A model generated the notes under the pieces. It saw only the letters and a program-made list of their open reading frames with translations. It searched no databases and had not been told where the DNA came from. Below are positions 17,866 through 22,508 of a stretch of DNA of 22,508 nt, in pieces. The first letter of the stretch is position 1; each line of letters begins with the position of its first letter. This DNA comes from Candidatus Hodarchaeota archaeon (lineage in GTDB: Archaea > Asgardarchaeota > Heimdallarchaeia > Hodarchaeales > Hodarchaeaceae). The position numbers were made by a program, and so were the translations under genes. The stretch covers positions 1 through 22,508 of the forward strand of contig JAEOTQ010000012.1 in the NCBI GenBank assembly GCA_016839785.1. Direction: 5' to 3'.

Positions 17866-19236
17866 TTGTTCGGAGAACCAAATAAATTCACGTGGCAAAT
17901 CGCTCAGAAGTCTAAATTGCGTGAAGGATCAGATGGTATTGACAAAATAATTAGGCAGCTCTATAGAAACCAAGATCATAAACTTACTAATAAGGAATTT
18001 GCGAAGTTAGTCGGAATTCCTGTACCAGTTATCTCTGCGGTTCGTGGGGAATTGATAAAAGCAGAATTTTTAAAAACGAAAAATATCCTAAGTTCGAAAG
18101 CTATTTCCTGGATTGAAAAAGAATTAGGTCTACGATTCGATTATAGTTTTTTTCAGGGATTTTCACCATCTTCTCCTTCAATATCAACCGAACATTTGTC
18201 ATTTTTTAAACCCATTATTGACGCATTAGATGATCGTCCCCCTCCTGAGTACAAGTATGATCAAACAAGAAGCACTACTGAGACTGTTTTGAAACGAGCT
18301 TTAATAATGGCTCGAAATGGAGATGTAGAAGGAAGAAAAATAGTTTTACTTGGCGATGATGATGGATTATCAATGGCACTTGCACATCTTGACTGTGCCC
18401 GTGAAATTGTTGTAATAGATATTGATTCACGAATTTTAAAGGTAATAGAAGATTTTTCCAAGCGAAATAACTATTCAACCTTAATACGTACCCATTTATG
18501 GGATATAAGAACCGCTTTTCCGAAGGAATGGCTAAATTACTTTGATACTTTTGAAATGGACCCACCTTACACTGTATCAGGGTTTAAATTATTTGTATCA
18601 CGCGCTCTTTCATTAATAAATCCTAGTTCAACTTCACATGGCTATATTTCATTTGGAAATAAATCACCGTTTGAAAAATGGGAGTGTCAGGAACATTTAA
18701 ACACCAATGGGCTTGTAATTGAAGAATTTATTCCTAATTTCAATAGCTATATTGGAGCGACAATTCTAGGGAGTTCATCCAATCTCTATATCGTTGGCTC
18801 AATCCCACAAAAAGTGTTTAGAACAGAATTACCAGACCAAACGCAAGCAATCTATACTTTTGACGAAAACAAAGTTAAGGATTTACCAACTGTAGGATAC
18901 CAAATTATTGCTGAACTCTATGGTGTAAGCAACGAAATCCTGACTAATGTCACATTACTAAAGGAAATCGCTTCACTTGGATTAGAGCATAGTCAACTTC
19001 ATGCAGAAGAATTCTTTTTAAAAGAATATTCTCCCTACGGACTTTCAGTCATCTTTATCTTGGTAGAAAGTCACTGTCACATCCATACGTGGCCTGAGTA
19101 TAACTACTTATCTTTAGATTTATTCGTGTGTGAAGCTAAAGAAAAAGCCGAAACATTCTTTCACTACTTATTAAAACGAATTAACCCAGTAGATTATCAC
19201 AAGTTTCAGTTTTATCGGGGACGTCCTCAACTATAA
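17866..19236 (+). CDS. bpsA: Fusion: branched-chain polyamine synthase (BpsA/DUF43-type aminopropyltransferase) plus C-terminal pyruvoyl-dependent S-adenosylmethionine decarboxylase (SpeD-type) domain
   Basis: Residues 1 to about 340: RPPPEYKYDQ, TETVLKR, GDVEGRKIVLLGDDD, VIDIDSRIL, DPPYT. Residues about 343-456: GYQIIAELYG, YSPYGLS, LVESHCHIHTWPEYNYLSLDLFVC with self-cleavage site E401/S402. One uninterrupted frame, TTG start. Confidence 0.88.
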   Translation: MFGEPNKFTWQIAQKSKLREGSDGIDKIIRQLYRNQDHKLTNKEFAKLVGIPVPVISAVRGELIKAEFLKTKNILSSKAISWIEKELGLRFDYSFFQGFSPSSPSISTEHLSFFKPIIDALDDRPPPEYKYDQTRSTTETVLKRALIMARNGDVEGRKIVLLGDDDGLSMALAHLDCAREIVVIDIDSRILKVIEDFSKRNNYSTLIRTHLWDIRTAFPKEWLNYFDTFEMDPPYTVSGFKLFVSRALSLINPSSTSHGYISFGNKSPFEKWECQEHLNTNGLVIEEFIPNFNSYIGATILGSSSNLYIVGSIPQKVFRTELPDQTQAIYTFDENKVKDLPTVGYQIIAELYGVSNEILTNVTLLKEIASLGLEHSQLHAEEFFLKEYSPYGLSVIFILVESHCHIHTWPEYNYLSLDLFVCEAKEKAETFFHYLLKRINPVDYHKFQFYRGRPQL

Positions 19237-19261
19237 GATGATCATTACGGTGTAAAAGCAA

Positions 19262-19915
19262 ATGTCAAGTCGTTTAGACGTCGAAAACAATGAATTCAAC
19301 TTTCTAAACGAACTAGGAAGGAAAGCAGTACATTTAACTGTGTTAATTATTCCGTTTAGTTACCACGTACTTAAAATTAAGTTGTGGTTCATTCAATTGT
19401 CATTATTTGGTGTTTTATGCTTTTTCATCCCAATGGAGTTGTATCGTCTAAAGGTCAATCCAAGAACCTGGCTTAACTATATTACTCGGGAAGCCGAAAA
19501 GGATGAAGTAGCAAATTATATTCCTTCAACACTAATTTGGTTAGCAGTATTGCTAGGAGTTTACTGGTTCTACTCAATGGAAGTAGCAGAATTGGCATTA
19601 ATTGCAACCACACTTGGAGATTCTGCTGCAGCGTTAATTGGAAGGGGATTAGGCCAGCACAAATTGCCTTTTACCAAGGAGAAAACAATAGAAGGTTATT
19701 TGGGAGGAGTGGTATTCACTTATATCTTCGGATTTGCTTTTCTCTCGATTATTGGAATGCCCTCATTATTACTACCCCTCCTACCAACTGTTGCAATAGC
19801 ATTTTTCGATTTTTTTGAAGATTTACCATATTGGGCTGCTGATAATCTATTTCATCCATTAATCACGCTTATTCTTGCATATATTTTGGTTCTTATGGGT
19901 ATTATAAGCACTTGA
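19262..19915 (+). CDS. CTP-dependent isoprenoid-alcohol kinase family (dolichol/phytol kinase, Sec59/Vte5/Dgk1-like) membrane protein
   Basis: ELGRKAVH, LGDSAAALIGRGLG, KTIEG and DNL motifs; hydrophobic. Confidence 0.82.
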   Translation: MSSRLDVENNEFNFLNELGRKAVHLTVLIIPFSYHVLKIKLWFIQLSLFGVLCFFIPMELYRLKVNPRTWLNYITREAEKDEVANYIPSTLIWLAVLLGVYWFYSMEVAELALIATTLGDSAAALIGRGLGQHKLPFTKEKTIEGYLGGVVFTYIFGFAFLSIIGMPSLLLPLLPTVAIAFFDFFEDLPYWAADNLFHPLITLILAYILVLMGIIST

Positions 19916-19925
19916 TAACTCAAGA

Positions 19926-20636
19926 CTATTTTCCTGTTAAGGGAATCATCTTATTTGAATTGCACAGCTCACAATGATTATTCTTGATGAAGCAATCTTT
20001 GCAATAGGGCGTATTACAACTGGAGTTTCCACATTGAACCGTCGCAAGAGCATCACATGAGTTACAGACGATTTTAGAACCAAATAAATTCCGAGATTGC
20101 CCGTAACGCTTGATCCTGTAATAAATTATTATAGAAAGCAGTAGTAGAAGAAGGAAAAGAAATGGAATGAAAAACGGAAGATCAAATAGTGTTGTGGGAA
20201 TCTCTGTAACATCAAGTAGTATCTCTGATAATGTTACTTGATAGACTAAATCTTCTAAATAGAATGGATCTGTTATATTATGAAATGCCTCTCCACTCGA
20301 GAAATCCACATCGAATGTTTTTGTGTTACCTGCCTTCATACCTAGAATACCATGTAAAAATCCAACATTTGGTGGAACAGTAAGATCTGGGTATTGTTCA
20401 TATAACTCGGAGGGTGCACTAGGATCATTTGGATCATGAACCCATACCGTACCGTTCTGTTGTTCAACTATAGCCGTTTTTACCCACAATGTATAATTAA
20501 GCTTTACAACATCATTGAGTTCTACAAGAGTATCGGGTGTAACGTCTAACGCGCTATTTAGCTGATACTGATTAACAGAAGCTGGAATCATTAAAAACAA
20601 AAGTATAGTTAGTGGTAATAAGCCTCTATAATCCAT
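19926..20636 (-). CDS. Type I membrane protein: signal peptide, FKBP-like PPIase domain, TM helix, cytoplasmic Cys8 zinc finger
   Basis: N-terminal hydrophobic LLPLTILLFLMIPAS; FKBP-like VELNDVVKLNYTLW...GFLHGILGMKAGNTKTFDV...EAF...LVYQVTL; TM FFIPFLFLLLLLLSIIIYY followed by RIKR; C-x2-C-x7-C-x4-C-x4-C-x2-C-x6-C-x2-C at 19962-20066. ATG at 20636 (alternative GTG 20648). Confidence 0.75.
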   Translation of the reverse strand: MDYRGLLPLTILLFLMIPASVNQYQLNSALDVTPDTLVELNDVVKLNYTLWVKTAIVEQQNGTVWVHDPNDPSAPSELYEQYPDLTVPPNVGFLHGILGMKAGNTKTFDVDFSSGEAFHNITDPFYLEDLVYQVTLSEILLDVTEIPTTLFDLPFFIPFLFLLLLLLSIIIYYRIKRYGQSRNLFGSKIVCNSCDALATVQCGNSSCNTPYCKDCFIKNNHCELCNSNKMIPLTGK

Positions 20637-20753
20637 TCTAAACCACACGGTAAATCAATGAGTCATTATTCTAGATAAGTTTTTTATATTTATTTCCTTA
20701 AAATAGGAGAAGAAAAATATTATGCTCTAAGAATTATCACAGGTATAGTGAAA

Positions 20754-21158
20754 ATGGGAACAAATTCAGATTTTAGATTAAAATTTGTGCTTCAAGGCTG
20801 GGCTGCTAATAGTACACGCCGATCAGAGGGAGTAGCCTTCGTGGCTCTAGATCCAGCTTCCGCTCGTGCAATAATTGAAAATTTCCGCGATAAAACTCCA
20901 AGAATCCTAATATCTCCCTTGATAGATTGGTCTTGGTCGGATATCGCTAATAATGTTGCAGGAGTTGTTACAGATCATGGAACGAGAGTATCAAGAGGCT
21001 CAGAAGTCTCAAGTATTGTACAAGTTGCTGCTGTGCTGGGAACTAGAGATGCTACTACTAAAATTAAGGATGGAGATTATATTCAGATTATTTGTGAGGG
21101 AAATGAGGCACTAGCGAAAGTTTTTGAACCAATAATAGGAAAATTAGATGATAGATAA
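20754..21158 (+). CDS. Stand-alone PEP-utilising enzyme mobile (swivel/phosphohistidine) domain lacking the catalytic His
   Basis: AGVVTDHGTRVSRGSEVSSIVQVAAVLGTRDATTKIKDGD aligns with the family pattern AGIVTDxGGxTSHAAIVARExGIPAVVGTxxATxxLKDGD; TSH reads VSR. Confidence 0.78.
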   Translation: MGTNSDFRLKFVLQGWAANSTRRSEGVAFVALDPASARAIIENFRDKTPRILISPLIDWSWSDIANNVAGVVTDHGTRVSRGSEVSSIVQVAAVLGTRDATTKIKDGDYIQIICEGNEALAKVFEPIIGKLDDR

Positions 21159-21169
21159 AAATTGGTTCT

Positions 21170-21787
21170 TTATTCTTCTTCTATTCGACTTCCCACAGAA
21201 GATTGCACTTCCTGTTCTGCTAGCTTTAGCTTAACATAACTATCCCACTCTTCTTGATTTGCTCGAAATTTCTCTTCCCATTCTGTGGCAAGGGATAATA
21301 ATTGGTTTGCATGTTGGTTTTTAATTGTTGTAAGTTGAGATTCCAGCTCAATAACGGTAGTGTTCAAACGGGAAAATTGCTTCAATGTTTCCTCTTTCTC
21401 ATTTTGTAAAGTATTCGCTCGTTGCTCCAAAATTCGTACTTGTTTTTGTAATCCGTCTGTTTCTGCTTCTTTTTTCGCTAGAGATTGTTGGAGTTCTTCT
21501 ACCTGATTAGAATCCGTTTGAGTGCTTTTTCTTACATGACTTCGAGTCTTCTTAGCAATACTGATGGAGTATTGATTGAGTAGGTCCTGATTGATTTTTA
21601 TTAGTTGATCAGTAATTTCACGAACAAAATTTTCAGCTTGATAGACTGGTACACTTGAATGAGCAGGAACACGCCTTGGAATGGATTGTAAAAATGCTTC
21701 CTGAGATTCTCCTAGCTGTTTTCTTGACTCAGAAATAAGTGGATCAAATAATTTCATAATGAAGTTACCAAGATCGGGATCTGACAT
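21170..21787 (-). CDS. Hypothetical coiled-coil protein
   Basis: 205 aa, E/Q/K/L-rich heptads from about residue 95 to 190, ATG start, fills the gap between convergent and divergent neighbours. Confidence 0.75.
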   Translation of the reverse strand: MSDPDLGNFIMKLFDPLISESRKQLGESQEAFLQSIPRRVPAHSSVPVYQAENFVREITDQLIKINQDLLNQYSISIAKKTRSHVRKSTQTDSNQVEELQQSLAKKEAETDGLQKQVRILEQRANTLQNEKEETLKQFSRLNTTVIELESQLTTIKNQHANQLLSLATEWEEKFRANQEEWDSYVKLKLAEQEVQSSVGSRIEEE

Positions 21788-21950
21788 AGAATCACATGAG
21801 GATGAAATACATGAAGTACTTGTAAGCGAGTTTATTCGCTCTTTTTAATATACGTATTTTTCGAATTCACTTTTCTCCCAGTCAGTGATACCCAAACTTC
21901 AATAAGATCACCTTTATAACAAACACGCGGAAGAACTTTAGTGTAATATA

Positions 21951-22008
21951 CTTATGTCTTATCAAGATTTCAAGAAAATGAATGTGATTGCTTATGTCTT
22001 ATCAAGAT
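21951..22008 (+). repeat. Exact 18-bp direct repeat duplicating the profilin translation start
   Basis: CTTATGTCTTATCAAGAT at 21951-21968 and 21991-22008 (40-bp period). Confidence 0.9.
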
Positions 22009-22362
22009 GATATGAATGCCCTCATACAAAATGGATACATCTCCATTGTTTCAATTCTCGATCCTAATGGGGCCCCTTATTGGACAAACCAACCCGAGTG
22101 GCAGGTTGATGGTCCAGCGCTGTTAACTTCTTGGCAAAACAAAGAACCTGGGGTTAATGTTGCTGGAGTTCGTTACTCTAGTATGGTTAATGATTGGGAA
22201 GTTGGTAACTTTGTTGCCCGAAATGTTGGTGGAGCAGGAATTATTTGCTTAGTCCGAGCCCCCAATAATTATTACTTTTTAACATGGACTCCTGGGGATG
22301 TTCAGATTCCTTCTATCAATATCCATGGCGAAGTTGCAAAGATGGCTATTAAATTCAAGTAA
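21994..22362 (+). CDS. Profilin (Asgard, eukaryote-like)
   Basis: 122 aa from ATG 21994. MSYQDDMNALI resembles the eukaryotic MSWQxY start; SILDPNGAPYW and GVNVAGVRY match profilin strands; C-terminal helix EVAKMAIKFK. Confidence 0.82.
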   Translation: MSYQDDMNALIQNGYISIVSILDPNGAPYWTNQPEWQVDGPALLTSWQNKEPGVNVAGVRYSSMVNDWEVGNFVARNVGGAGIICLVRAPNNYYFLTWTPGDVQIPSINIHGEVAKMAIKFK

Positions 22363-22363
22363 T

Positions 22364-22400
22364 TTTTTCCTCTTCCCTTCTTCTTCTTTCTTTTTTTTCT
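22364..22400 (+). terminator. Oligo-T terminator after profilin
   Basis: Long pyrimidine tract TTTTTCCTCTTCCCTTCTTCTTCTTTCTTTTTTTTCT directly after the stop codon. Confidence 0.6.
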
Positions 22401-22508
22401 CTAAGGGCAACGAAACGGTAAAAGAGAGGCTCCGCTAACAGAAAACATCACCAAAAAGATTAGTTGTCATGAAACCTCAATTAGAAATATTACATCGATA
22501 GGCCGTAT

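Noticed and set aside
474-19818. Short alternative-frame or antisense ORFs (474-710, 715-900, 2073-2324, 6212-6412, 6909-7106, 8384-8572, 10898-11089, 13838-14104, 13842-14078, 14516-14788, 17437-17652, 18261-18461, 18275-18565, 19537-19818)
   Set aside because: All lie within or across well-supported genes and show no protein-family motifs; treated as shadow ORFs.
21957-21968. TCTTATCAAGA resembles the 5' end of a SAM-I riboswitch
   Set aside because: None of the downstream SAM-I helices or conserved segments follow, and the second copy is profilin coding sequence.
21951-22008. Mini CRISPR array
   Set aside because: Only two 18-bp copies with a 22-bp spacer, one of them coding; no cas genes nearby.
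22401-22508. Possible RNA motif or end of a minus-strand gene (…IRPIDVIFLIEVS*) at the window edge
   Set aside because: Too short to support; no tRNA cloverleaf or riboswitch consensus could be fitted.

Overview
AT-rich, gene-dense archaeal window, very likely from an Asgard archaeon (possibly Heimdallarchaeia/Hodarchaeales). This is inferred from a eukaryote-like profilin, a Roadblock-type protein, A/V-type ATPase subunits, an ether-lipid UbiA enzyme, GGTGA ribosome-binding sites and oligo-T terminators. Content in order: 3' part of PEP synthase; an orphan group-4 hydrogenase/NuoD-like protein with no Ni-binding cysteines; a membrane-sector-only ATPase operon (I-C-K); a convergent minus-strand run (2-oxoacid:ferredoxin oxidoreductase alpha/beta, HAD, EamA, MoaD-like, xanthine-dehydrogenase-family L/M/S, small AtpZ-like membrane protein) whose M subunit carries one in-frame TGA; a Roadblock protein; an operon of inositol-phosphate synthase, DGGGP synthase, a BpsA::AdoMetDC fusion and an isoprenoid-alcohol kinase; a signal peptide-FKBP-TM-Cys8 zinc-finger protein; a PEP-utiliser swivel domain lacking its phospho-His; a coiled-coil protein; and profilin, whose start region is duplicated 40 bp upstream. 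The best candidates for new biology are the BpsA::AdoMetDC fusion inside a lipid operon and the receptor-like FKBP-TM-zinc-finger protein. No rRNA, tRNA, CRISPR array or mobile element was recognised. All family calls come from motif recognition by eye, without database searches.
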